NCBI RefSeq assembly: GCF_018336915.1
Contig: NZ_CP064927.1
Location: forward strand, 1-32,000
From: Acaryochloris marina S15
Lineage (GTDB): Bacteria; Cyanobacteriota; Cyanobacteriia; Thermosynechococcales; Thermosynechococcaceae
Reading direction: 5' to 3'
DNA: 32,000 nt
Shown piece after piece: positions 1-8,500 of this stretch (positions are counted from its first letter, which is position 1; every line of letters starts with the position of its first letter). The translations under genes and the position numbers were made by a program. Below the pieces are notes generated by a model. It was not told the DNA's origin, ran no database searches, and saw only the letters and a list, made by a program, of their open reading frames with translations.

Positions 1-44
1 CCTGCTGGTACCCTGTTGGACCCTCTGTGGTACCCTGCTGGTAC
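1..44. repeat. Four tandem 11-bp units (consensus CCTGYTGGTAC) at the left window edge
   Basis: Read directly: 1-11 CCTGCTGGTAC, 12-22 CCTGTTGGACC, 23-33 CTCTGTGGTAC, 34-44 CCTGCTGGTAC. Units 1 and 4 are identical. The array touches the window edge and may continue upstream. Confidence 0.6.
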
Positions 45-199
45 CCAATCTGCAAGAAACCTATACGGGGAGCGGGTTCAAGAGGGCTTTTGGAGGCTTC
101 TGTGGGGAGACGTGTGGGGCATACACCTAACCACCACTACATGGGTTTGGACCAACTTTGAGGGTAAATGGGGTTTTTGCAGTTTTTTTGTCACACGTT

Positions 200-252
200 T
201 GAAACTTTTACACTACAGAGTTGTAGTGCGACTGAAACTTTTGTGCTACAAG
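200..252 (+). promoter_or_regulatory. Two ~20-bp direct repeats plus a small palindrome upstream of the protease-TPR gene (possible operator region)
   Basis: TGAAACTTTTACACTACAGA (200-219) and TGAAACTTTTGTGCTACAAGA (233-252) start 33 bp apart. CACTACA-gagt-TGTAGTG (211-228) is a 7-bp inverted repeat. The element lies about 105 bp upstream of the ATG at 357. Function is not demonstrated. Confidence 0.25.
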
Positions 253-356
253 ATTTTTTCATCTATTCCCAACCAGAAACTCCTGACAGCTTTTTTTCGA
301 CTGTGGCAAAGAGCTACAATAAATTCCAGGTTTTTATACTGTTGAAAACAATTTTG

Positions 357-2279
357 ATGAAATCACCCTATTTTCTGACACCAATAGTCTTGGGTGTAGC
401 GGCAATAGTGGCTACACCTTTTCAATCAGCCCAAGCATTGAGTGCTACTGAAGTAGGCACAATTGCCGAAGCAGTGACGGTTCGGATTGATGGTCAGAAC
501 TCTGGTTCAGGAGTGATTATTAAGCGTCAGGGCAAGGTCTATACAGTCCTCACAGCAGCCCATGTCGTAGCGACCGAGGATGGATATGATGTGGTCACGC
601 CTGATGGCCAGTTCCATGAGTTGGATTACAGCAAAGTCAAGAAGTTGCCCAATGTCGATTTGGCTCTAGTTGAGTTTACAAGTCCAAAAACTTATAAAGT
701 TGCTGATATCGGAGACTCTACAGCAGTTAAAGCTGGAGCATCAATCTATGTCTCTGGATTTCCATTGCCGACAGCAGCTATTACAGAATCTGTGTGGAAT
801 TTCTCAGAGGGAAAAGTAACGGCTAACTCCAAACGTCTGTTGGCAGATGGCTATGCATTGATATATAGCAATGACACACTACCTGGGATGAGTGGGGGAG
901 CAGTTCTAAACAGTGAGGGCAAACTCATTGCTATTCATGGTCGTGCCGATGCTGAACAAAGCGTTCAAAAAACAGAAACGGTATATCAGAAAACGGGGTT
1001 TAATCTAGGCATCCCTATCAATACATTTTTGAACTTAGCAGCAAATGTTAGCCCCAATCTAGGATTTGTAGGTAGGGCAACTGAATCAACAGGAACTACA
1101 TTAACGAAAGATGATTGGTTATTACAAGGAGTAGGCAAGTATAGAAAGGGTAATTACAAAGAGGCTATTAAAGATTTCGGGCAGGCCATTGCTATTGACC
1201 CCAAGGATGCAGCAGCCCACTTCAACCGGGGAAATGCCTACGATGAGTTAAATCAGTACAATTTGGCCCTTAAAGATTATTCTCAAGCGATCCAAATCAA
1301 TCCCGAATATTCAGCAGCCTACAATAATCGGGGAATTATTTACACAAACCTGAAGCAAAATGAGTTGGCTTTCAAAGACTATTCTCGGGCCATCCAACTC
1401 AATCCCGAATATGTAGAAGCCTACGCTAACCGAGGGAATATCTACAACACTCTGAAGCAGAATGAGTTGGCTCTCAAGGACTATTCTCGGGCCATCCAAC
1501 TCAATCCCGAATATATAGGAGCTTATATTAGCCGAGGGAATATCTACTATGACCTAAAGCAGAACGATCTAGCCCTCAGAGACTATTCTCGGGCCATCCA
1601 ACTCAATCCCGAATCTGCAATCGCCTACAACAACCGGGGGAAGATATTCAATGAACTGGAGCAGTACAATCAGGCTTTTAAAGACCTTAATCGGGCGATC
1701 CAACTCAATCCTGAATACGCAGCAGCCTACTTCAATCGGGGGAATAGATACTATGCTCTGAAGCAAAATGAGTTGGCTCTCAAAGACTATTCTCGGGCCA
1801 TCCAACTCAATCCTGAATATGAAAGATATTACTACAACCGAGGGAATGCCTATGAGGAATTGAAGCAGTATAATTTGGCCCTTAAAGATTATTCTCAAGC
1901 GATCCAAATCAATCCCGAATATTCAGAAGCTTACGTCAACAGAGGGATTACCTATAAAGCCTTAAATCAGTACAATTTGGCCCTCAAGGACTATTCTCGG
2001 GCCATCCAACTCAATCCTGAATATGCAAATGCCTACAATAACCGAGGTGTGATCTACCTTATCCTGAAGCAAAATGAGTTAGCCTTCAAAGACTATTCTC
2101 GGGTAATCCAAATCAATCCCGAATATGCAGCAGCTTATGTTAACAGAGGGATTACCCATAACCGAATGGGAAACAAACCTCAAGCCAAACAAGATTTAAA
2201 AACTGCGGCACGGCTTTTTCAACAGCAGAATAACCCAGAATTCTATCAAAAAGCGATGGAACTGTTACAAAGTTTTTGA
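357..2279 (+). CDS. Secreted trypsin-like (S1/Trypsin_2-type) serine protease fused to 11 tetratricopeptide repeats
   Basis: Same frame as ORF 168..2279. The ATG at 357 gives MKSPYFLTPIVLGVAAIVATPFQSAQA, which looks like a signal peptide. Catalytic-triad contexts are TAAHVV (His), DLALVEF (Asp) and GMSGGAV (Ser). Eleven 34-aa units follow, with the pattern AYxNRGxxY...A..DY..AI.(L/I)NPEY. Confidence 0.85.
   Translation: MKSPYFLTPIVLGVAAIVATPFQSAQALSATEVGTIAEAVTVRIDGQNSGSGVIIKRQGKVYTVLTAAHVVATEDGYDVVTPDGQFHELDYSKVKKLPNVDLALVEFTSPKTYKVADIGDSTAVKAGASIYVSGFPLPTAAITESVWNFSEGKVTANSKRLLADGYALIYSNDTLPGMSGGAVLNSEGKLIAIHGRADAEQSVQKTETVYQKTGFNLGIPINTFLNLAANVSPNLGFVGRATESTGTTLTKDDWLLQGVGKYRKGNYKEAIKDFGQAIAIDPKDAAAHFNRGNAYDELNQYNLALKDYSQAIQINPEYSAAYNNRGIIYTNLKQNELAFKDYSRAIQLNPEYVEAYANRGNIYNTLKQNELALKDYSRAIQLNPEYIGAYISRGNIYYDLKQNDLALRDYSRAIQLNPESAIAYNNRGKIFNELEQYNQAFKDLNRAIQLNPEYAAAYFNRGNRYYALKQNELALKDYSRAIQLNPEYERYYYNRGNAYEELKQYNLALKDYSQAIQINPEYSEAYVNRGITYKALNQYNLALKDYSRAIQLNPEYANAYNNRGVIYLILKQNELAFKDYSRVIQINPEYAAAYVNRGITHNRMGNKPQAKQDLKTAARLFQQQNNPEFYQKAMELLQSF
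1113..2200 (+). repeat. Intragenic tandem 102-bp (34-codon) TPR repeats with high DNA-level identity
   Basis: gactattctcgggccatccaactcaatcc(c/t)gaatat recurs about every 102 or 204 bp. The segments starting near 1255 and 1867 (612 bp, or 6 units, apart) are almost identical over about 65 nt (cagta(c/t)aatttggcccttaaagattattctcaagcgatccaaatcaatcccgaatattcag). Confidence 0.9.
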
Positions 2280-2373
2280 ATGTGAGCTGTGATCTAGATC
2301 AATCTATCCCAGTCATGGTACTGATTAAGTACTAGATGGCACCTCTGTAGACAAAGGAAAGTTTGATTGACCT

Positions 2374-2949
2374 ATGAAACACCATCAGATCAAATCCATG
2401 TTTGCGTTGTCTATCGTAACTAGTACAGCCCTGTTCATGAGTAGCCAGCCCGCCCAAGCGGATGAAGCTCGATTTAGCTGCGGCCAAAACAAAGGTCTTC
2501 CTACAACTCTGGCTAAAACCAAGCGAGGTCTTGTGCCAGTGATCCACTGGAAATCAAAAGATTTTGAAAAATCTGGCTGGACCCCAGAAGTCCGTTGTCA
2601 AAAAGTATCCAGGCTATTTGAACAATATTACCGAGAAGGTACTCTAGATTATCTAACTACTGCAAGAGATAAGAAGACAAGACAAAATGTTGTCTGTGTT
2701 GCTCCTGCGGAAGGTGCAAAATGTACTGGCATTTTATTCACTCTTAGGTCAGGGAGTAACCCAGGGCGAACACTTAAAAAGTTGATGGATTTACGAGTGA
2801 GGGCCACAAGTGATCCACTTAATGAAACATTGGAACGGGTTTATGTGAATATGGGTGATTTTTTGAAGTCAAGCCCTGTTGTCTCGGCAAGTTCCCCCAC
2901 TTCTCCAGAACCATCGTCAAACCAACCTGCTCCAGAAGATATGTGGTAA
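2374..2949 (+). CDS. Secreted COP23-like protein (circadian oscillating protein COP23 family, cyanobacterial)
   Basis: The N-terminal signal-like segment ends in AQA-DE. The pattern F-x-C..G.PTT.A.T.RG..PVI.W.S..F..SGWTPE.RC..VS.RF...........YLT......Q.VVC......C...LFTL matches my recollection of the COP23 family. The C-terminal tail is Pro/Ser-rich. Confidence 0.55.
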   Translation: MKHHQIKSMFALSIVTSTALFMSSQPAQADEARFSCGQNKGLPTTLAKTKRGLVPVIHWKSKDFEKSGWTPEVRCQKVSRLFEQYYREGTLDYLTTARDKKTRQNVVCVAPAEGAKCTGILFTLRSGSNPGRTLKKLMDLRVRATSDPLNETLERVYVNMGDFLKSSPVVSASSPTSPEPSSNQPAPEDMW

Positions 2950-3057
2950 CAAGCATATCCAAGCTTGATTAATCAGAAAATTGTGTTGGGAGGATGTTCA
3001 AAAGATCTTGAACTTTCCTGTGTAAAGAATGATAGTTATAGCAAGAAGGGTAAAGGG

Positions 3058-5355
3058 CTACTGAAGAATCCTCGGAGCTAACAAGGCCACCCGAAAACCG
3101 ACGAAGTTAATGCGGTGACTGGGAAGATACCCGCCGCGACTCGCAGAGCGACAGTGCCCCGGAGGTTCGATCCAAGAGCCACCGCGTGTAATACGCCTAG
3201 CCTCCTTATCATCTACCCAAGCACTTCCATCAGTGGGTGCTCCGGTATAGTTGTCATGCCAAGTGTCCTGACACCATTCCCAGATAGTCCCATGCATGTC
3301 ATACAGACCAAAGGTATTGGGAGGAAAGCTGCCTACATCAGTCGTCTGCTCTCTATATTCTCCCTTGGGACCAGAAGCGTAATTACCTGGTATAGTTTTT
3401 CCCAGAAAATCGAAGTCAGTACCTCTGTAGTTTGCCACGTCTGTAGTAATTGTTTCACCAAAATAAAATGGTGTGGTCGTTTCCCCTCGACAGGCATATT
3501 CCCATTCTGCTTCGCTAGGAAGGCGATAATCTTTTCCGTGTTTTTGAGAAAGCTTCTGGCAAAATTCCACCGCATCATTCCATGACACTTTCTCTACAGG
3601 ACGATTAGCCCCTTTGAACTTAGAGGGGTTGGACCCCATGATCGCCTCCCATTGAGCTTGGGTAACTGGATACTTACCCAGATACAGTAGGGAAAGGGTC
3701 ACTTCATGCTGTGGACCTTCATCATCATCCCTTTCGGGTTTGCCCTCTAATGAACCCATAGTGAAGGTGCCTCCTGGTATCTTCACCATTTCTAAGGTCG
3801 TGCTGCTGTCTAGCTCCTCCGCAAAAAACTGAGCTTGTTTCTGACTGCGATTACTAATGGCCCCTGTCTCATCAACACTTACCACTTCATACTCAAAGCT
3901 TTTTAAGCTCGATGCAGACTCAGATGACGGCGAAGGATCAGGGGATGGGCTTTCTGAAAGCGGTCCTAAATCCAGTGAAGGAGACTCAGAGGTGGTTAAA
4001 TCACGTTGAGAATTTTTAATAATCTCCCATACCAAGACACTACCTAAGCCTACGCTTCCAAATGCGGCGAGGGTCAAAAATTGACGACGATTCTTCTTTT
4101 GAAGAACAGGACTTAAGGGAGAAGGGGTTGGTGTTTGTTGGGCTTGTTTTCGTACTAACGCTTGCTGTTTAAGTTGCTCCTGTCGCTGGGTCTCAGCTTC
4201 TTGTCTGAGCTGTTCTTGTTGTCGAGCTTCGGTTTGTCGCTGGGCTTCTAATTGCTGTTTAAGCTGTTCTTGTCTATTTGCTTCAGCTTGTTTCAAAATA
4301 GGCTGCTCAATCCGAGCCACCTCTGCATCCAGCAATCCCAAAGACTGTTGTAATTGCTTAAGGCCTTCTCGCACATAGTCATCCAGTGGGTAGACGGATC
4401 GTATTGCTCTTCTAAGCTCTGCTTCATACTGCCGTAGATTTTCCGCAGAATCTGTCTCTGGGTCTGGATTCTTCGCTAGATCTGATAGAACTTCATTCGC
4501 AGTTTGATAACGATCTTCTGCCTTGATTTGGAGCAATTTATTGATAATTGCAGACAATTTAGAATCAATGGCATGAGGCAAATGTTCTTGCCAATTATTT
4601 ACCCAGCCATATCCCTGCATTGTCCATAGTTCACCCGGATATTGACCTGTCAGCAGATGAAACGATGTTGCTCCAATACTATATAAATCACTAGACCCCG
4701 TGGCCTTCCCTTCCGCAAACTGCTCCACTGAAAAATAGCCAGGAGAGCCTACTTTGGTTCCGGTGACGGTTAGCTGACTCATCGATATTTGACGAGCCAC
4801 TCCAAAGTCAATCAGCATCAATCGACCATCTTTTTTTCGCCGCATGATGTTCTCAGGCTTCAAATCTCGGTGAACTACACCTTTTTCATGGATAAAAGCC
4901 AACACGGGTAATAAATCTAGGAGAAGAGCTTCAATTTTTGCCTCACTAAGTGGTCCCTCTTGCTGCAATTCCTTCAGAAGATCTTGTCCATCTATATATT
5001 CCTGAACTAGATAGAGAAATCCGTCTTCCTCAAAATAGGCCAGTAAATCAGGGATTTGTTGGTTGGCTTTGAGCTGGTCTAACTGTTCTGCTTCACGCAT
5101 AAACAGCTGTACTATTTTCTGATTCGCATTGCTACTTTGGCCTTGATAGAACAGTTGTTTAACAACACAAGGTCTCTGTAGTTTGTCCGTATCTTCTGCC
5201 AGATAGGTCTTGCCAAACCCTCCTTGGCCCAAGGGTTTAACTATTTTATAGCGATGGCGAAGTAAGGAGATAAGCTCAGTTCCGCAAGACTGGCAGAACT
5301 TATCGGTCTCTTGATTAATTGGCTTCTCGCAATCAGGGTTCAGGCAGCAGAGCAT
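3058..5355 (-). CDS. Transmembrane Ser/Thr protein kinase with N-terminal 4-Cys zinc-ribbon prefix, coiled coil, TM helix and C-terminal FGE-sulfatase (SUMF1-like) domain
   Basis: The ATG at 5355 gives MLCCLNPDCEKPINQETDKFCQSCGTEL. The ORF-track start at 5376 is an upstream GTG. Kinase motifs are GQGGFGKT, VVKQ (Lys), HRDLKPENIM, DFG and SPGYFSVEQ. A Q/E/R-rich coiled coil is followed by the TM segment FLTLAAFGSVGLGSVLVW. FGE-type motifs are GGTFTMGS, YPVTQAQW, RLPSEAEWEYACRG, MHGTIWEWCQD, RGGSW and GFRVA. Confidence 0.9.
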   Translation of the reverse strand: MLCCLNPDCEKPINQETDKFCQSCGTELISLLRHRYKIVKPLGQGGFGKTYLAEDTDKLQRPCVVKQLFYQGQSSNANQKIVQLFMREAEQLDQLKANQQIPDLLAYFEEDGFLYLVQEYIDGQDLLKELQQEGPLSEAKIEALLLDLLPVLAFIHEKGVVHRDLKPENIMRRKKDGRLMLIDFGVARQISMSQLTVTGTKVGSPGYFSVEQFAEGKATGSSDLYSIGATSFHLLTGQYPGELWTMQGYGWVNNWQEHLPHAIDSKLSAIINKLLQIKAEDRYQTANEVLSDLAKNPDPETDSAENLRQYEAELRRAIRSVYPLDDYVREGLKQLQQSLGLLDAEVARIEQPILKQAEANRQEQLKQQLEAQRQTEARQQEQLRQEAETQRQEQLKQQALVRKQAQQTPTPSPLSPVLQKKNRRQFLTLAAFGSVGLGSVLVWEIIKNSQRDLTTSESPSLDLGPLSESPSPDPSPSSESASSLKSFEYEVVSVDETGAISNRSQKQAQFFAEELDSSTTLEMVKIPGGTFTMGSLEGKPERDDDEGPQHEVTLSLLYLGKYPVTQAQWEAIMGSNPSKFKGANRPVEKVSWNDAVEFCQKLSQKHGKDYRLPSEAEWEYACRGETTTPFYFGETITTDVANYRGTDFDFLGKTIPGNYASGPKGEYREQTTDVGSFPPNTFGLYDMHGTIWEWCQDTWHDNYTGAPTDGSAWVDDKEARRITRGGSWIEPPGHCRSASRGGYLPSHRINFVGFRVALLAPRILQ

Positions 5356-5454
5356 CGACTTCAAGCTATAGTACACTTCCCCGCATCGACCAGCATAACC
5401 TCAGGGCTATCCGTCACAGAATTATTTTAGTCACTCGCGTAAAAGAGTTAGTGA

Positions 5455-5486
5455 ATTTGGCCTATCCATAGCAATCTGCCTATGTT
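5455..5486 (+). promoter_or_regulatory. Copy F of the conserved 32-nt promoter/operator motif, upstream of the relaxase gene
   Basis: ATTTGGCCTATCCATAGCAATCTGCCTATGTT reads as -35-like TTGGCC, an 18-nt spacer and -10-like TATGTT. It ends 32 nt before the ATG at 5519. It aligns without gaps to five minus-strand copies. Confidence 0.6.
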
Positions 5487-5518
5487 CTACTTGAGAGCTT
5501 CATTTCAGGAATAGAACA

Positions 5519-8500
5519 ATGCTAGATATCGTCACCATCCACTCAGGCATTGAAAACGGCGAGAGATATTACACCGAAGAAGAGAGCTACTACAGCGAGG
5601 ATGAAGAAATCCAGGCCATCACCAAATCAGAATGGTTTGGCAACATGGCACCCAATGAACCCTATTCAGCAGAGCGGTTCACTGAATTGTTCTATGGCAA
5701 TCTCCCTAATGGTCAGCGGATGCGAGGCGATGTCTTAGGAGATGGCAAAGAACGGTTAGGCTTTGACCTTACATTCGCTGTCCCTGGTAAATCTTTGAGT
5801 ATGCAGATCCATGCCCCTGAAGGTGACAAGCGACTATGGCAAGCTCACATCGAGGCAGTCAAAGAGGTTATGGCTATTGCAGAAGAACGCTATGCCGCTT
5901 CGAGGGTGCAAGTCAGTGGTGATCGGAAAGTCATTAAGACTGGGAATATTGCAGCCTGCCTGGTCAATCACCATGAGAGTCGAGCAGGAGATCCCCATGT
6001 CCACACCCATGTGGTCTTATTCAATGGAACTCACTGCCCTGATGGAGAACACCGGGCCTTATACAAGGAGCTGCTGAGTAAGAGTGGCATTTTAGGAGAT
6101 ATCTATCATCAAAAGCTGGCCCTCAAGGTTCAGGCTTTGGGATATGAGATAGAGGAAACCAGAGAAGGCTTTGAACTTGCAGGAACAACGACAGATCAAA
6201 GAGAGTTGTTCTCTAAACGCTCCACTGAAATTGATGACTACTTAAAAGCGAAGGGCTGGGACAAGACCCCTCAGAATCGACAGAGAGCCGTCTTTGAGAC
6301 TCGGATGGCGAAGGATAAAAGCCAAACCCTAGAAGACAAGCAGGACCGATGGGGCAATGAAATGGCATCGGTGGGCTTCCATGGCATCACCCCTGCCCAT
6401 CACCCGATCACACCCCAGAACCAAGAGACTCCTAGAGAATTGCTTGATGCTGCAATCGGCCATCTCTCTGAACGTCAGTCATCCTTTAGCCACGAAGACA
6501 TTCAGCGATTCGTCTTCTCCCACCTCCGCAGCTTTGATGAAGAACCATTGAACCAAGAGATTGATACCCACCCCGATCTATTAGATGCCTGGGACGGACG
6601 ATACACCACTCAAACTGCAGTGGATCGGGATATCCGCATTATTGACAACTGGCTCCAGGGCAATGACAGGGTTCAACCCCTCAACCCCAATGCTGACTTT
6701 AGCCATACCATCCTCAATAGTGGTCAGTCTGAAGCGATGCAGCGACTGCTCAGCTCACCAGATCAATACCAAATCCTCAAAGGACTCGCAGGCACAGGCA
6801 AGACTACTGCCATGGGTATCGCCCGAGAGCAGCTACCCCCTGAAACCGTGATCAAAGTCTTTGCAGCTACCCACAACGCCAAGAATGCCATTGCGGAATC
6901 CTTTGATCTTGAAGGGGCAACCATTGCTCAACTGGCTGTTTCCGAACCCACCACTGAAGCTAACCAGCTTTGGATTCTCGATGAATCAGGCATGGTCGGC
7001 TCTGAAGACTTTGAGATGGTGATGAATAAAGCAACCAAAGTGAATGCACGGGTCTGGGCTGTAGGAGATACCGGGCAGAATGGAGCCATTGCCGCAGGGG
7101 CACCCGTGCGAATGCTGATGCATAGCGGGGCAACGGTCCATAAACTCAGTGACATCATTCGCCAGCAGAACAAAGACCAGAAAACGGCAGTAAAACTGAT
7201 TGCTGAAGGACATGGCATTGAAGCGCTCAATGTCCTAGAGAAGCATGGTCACATCCATGAAGTTGAAGATGCAGATACTAAAATCTCTGGGGCAGTCAAT
7301 CACTACATGTCATTGCCCCAAAGCCGACGCGATAAAACCTTGGTGGTGATCGGGACCAATGTGGAGAGAGAAGACTTCACGGATCAACTCAGGGGCCAAC
7401 TGATTGAAGAAGGAAGCCTAACCCAGAATACGGAATTTACTCAGCTCAAGAACCGCAATCTCACGAAGGTGCAAAAGAAAAGAGCGGAGAACTACAACAA
7501 GGGTGATTTACTCGTCCTCCATCAGAAACACCGTACCTATACCCAACTGCAAACCCATGTCTCCTATAAAGTCCTGGCAGTGGAAGGTCAGCATTTGCGA
7601 GTGGAGTCACCAGGGGGCAGGAAGTTCAAAATCAATCCAGCTCAGCATAAAAGAACGGAGGTCTATACCGCTAGGAAGAATCATATTGCTGTAGGGGATA
7701 AACTCAGGTTTACCTCAACGAATAAGAAGGCTGGGATTTATACCAATGCCTATCTGGAATGTACGGATATCCAAGACGGCATCGCTACGGTTAGAGGCAA
7801 TAAGGACCAACTACATCAGCTTGATCTGAGTAAGGCTCTACAGATTGATCATGACTGGGCGACGACGACCTATCGGGCACAAGGGGGGACCAATTCAGAG
7901 ACGATCTATATTGCCAGTCTCAATCCCACTTCTGCTAAGGAGTCATTCTATGTGGGTATCTCACGGAATCGAACCAAGCATCTCTCTGTGTTTACAGAAT
8001 CCCTAGAGAAGCTGAAAGGATGGGTGGGCACGTCTAATGCTCAAGAGAATGCCATTGAAACTTTGTTCGATCCCCTGGAAGGTTGGAAGCCTGACTATGC
8101 GGGAGTAGAGAAGCCTTGGCAGATTGATGCCGATACCTGGACGGAGATGAAGGGCAGTGGTGTTCATCCCAGTCTCTTAACCCCAGAGCATCTGAGAAGT
8201 GAGGCGGGGAGTTCTGAGCCTTCAATTCGAGACAACGTGTTAGTGGAGGCTTTGCTGGGAGCTGAGTTTACTAAATCCAAGTATGGCGCAGGCCAAGAAG
8301 TGACCAAAGAGATGAAGCGAAAGCTCAATGGCACTCACAAGGTCAAGGGTAAGTGGATCAATGATCCTGAACGAGCCTATACCCGCATTGCGGAAGGGGG
8401 AGGGTGGATTGGCTATGGGGGGACCGATTTACTCTCTATTGTTGAGGGCAATCCTCAACCCTCTCTCTACTGCCAGGTAAAACCCAAGACACCTCGAATC

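Noticed and set aside
16-345. 109-aa plus-strand ORF upstream of the protease-TPR gene
   Set aside because: The sequence is Trp/Phe/Leu-rich and does not look like protein. It runs through the tandem and direct repeats and the palindrome, and it overlaps the alternative 168 start frame region. It is most likely a non-coding leader or regulatory region.
1311-1907. Minus-strand ORFs (62 and 112 aa) inside the TPR array
   Set aside because: They are themselves periodic (..ELDGPRIV.ESQLILLQ..). They are mirror images of the 102-bp coding repeats and a by-product of repeat structure without stop codons.
2291-2300. Perfect 10-bp palindrome GATCTAGATC after the TPR gene stop
   Set aside because: It is short, AT/GATC-type and a single occurrence, and it has no flanking terminator features. 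It is probably chance.
3115-3585. Plus- and minus-strand ORFs nested in the kinase-FGE gene
   Set aside because: They lie wholly inside a gene with strong kinase and FGE motifs in another frame, and their composition is odd (Cys/Ser/Thr/Ile-rich).
5377-5454. Search for an oriT (inverted repeat plus nic) in the kinase-relaxase intergenic region
   Set aside because: There is only a weak 5-bp inverted repeat (TCACT...AGTGA). Nothing is convincing, so oriT remains unlocated in this window.
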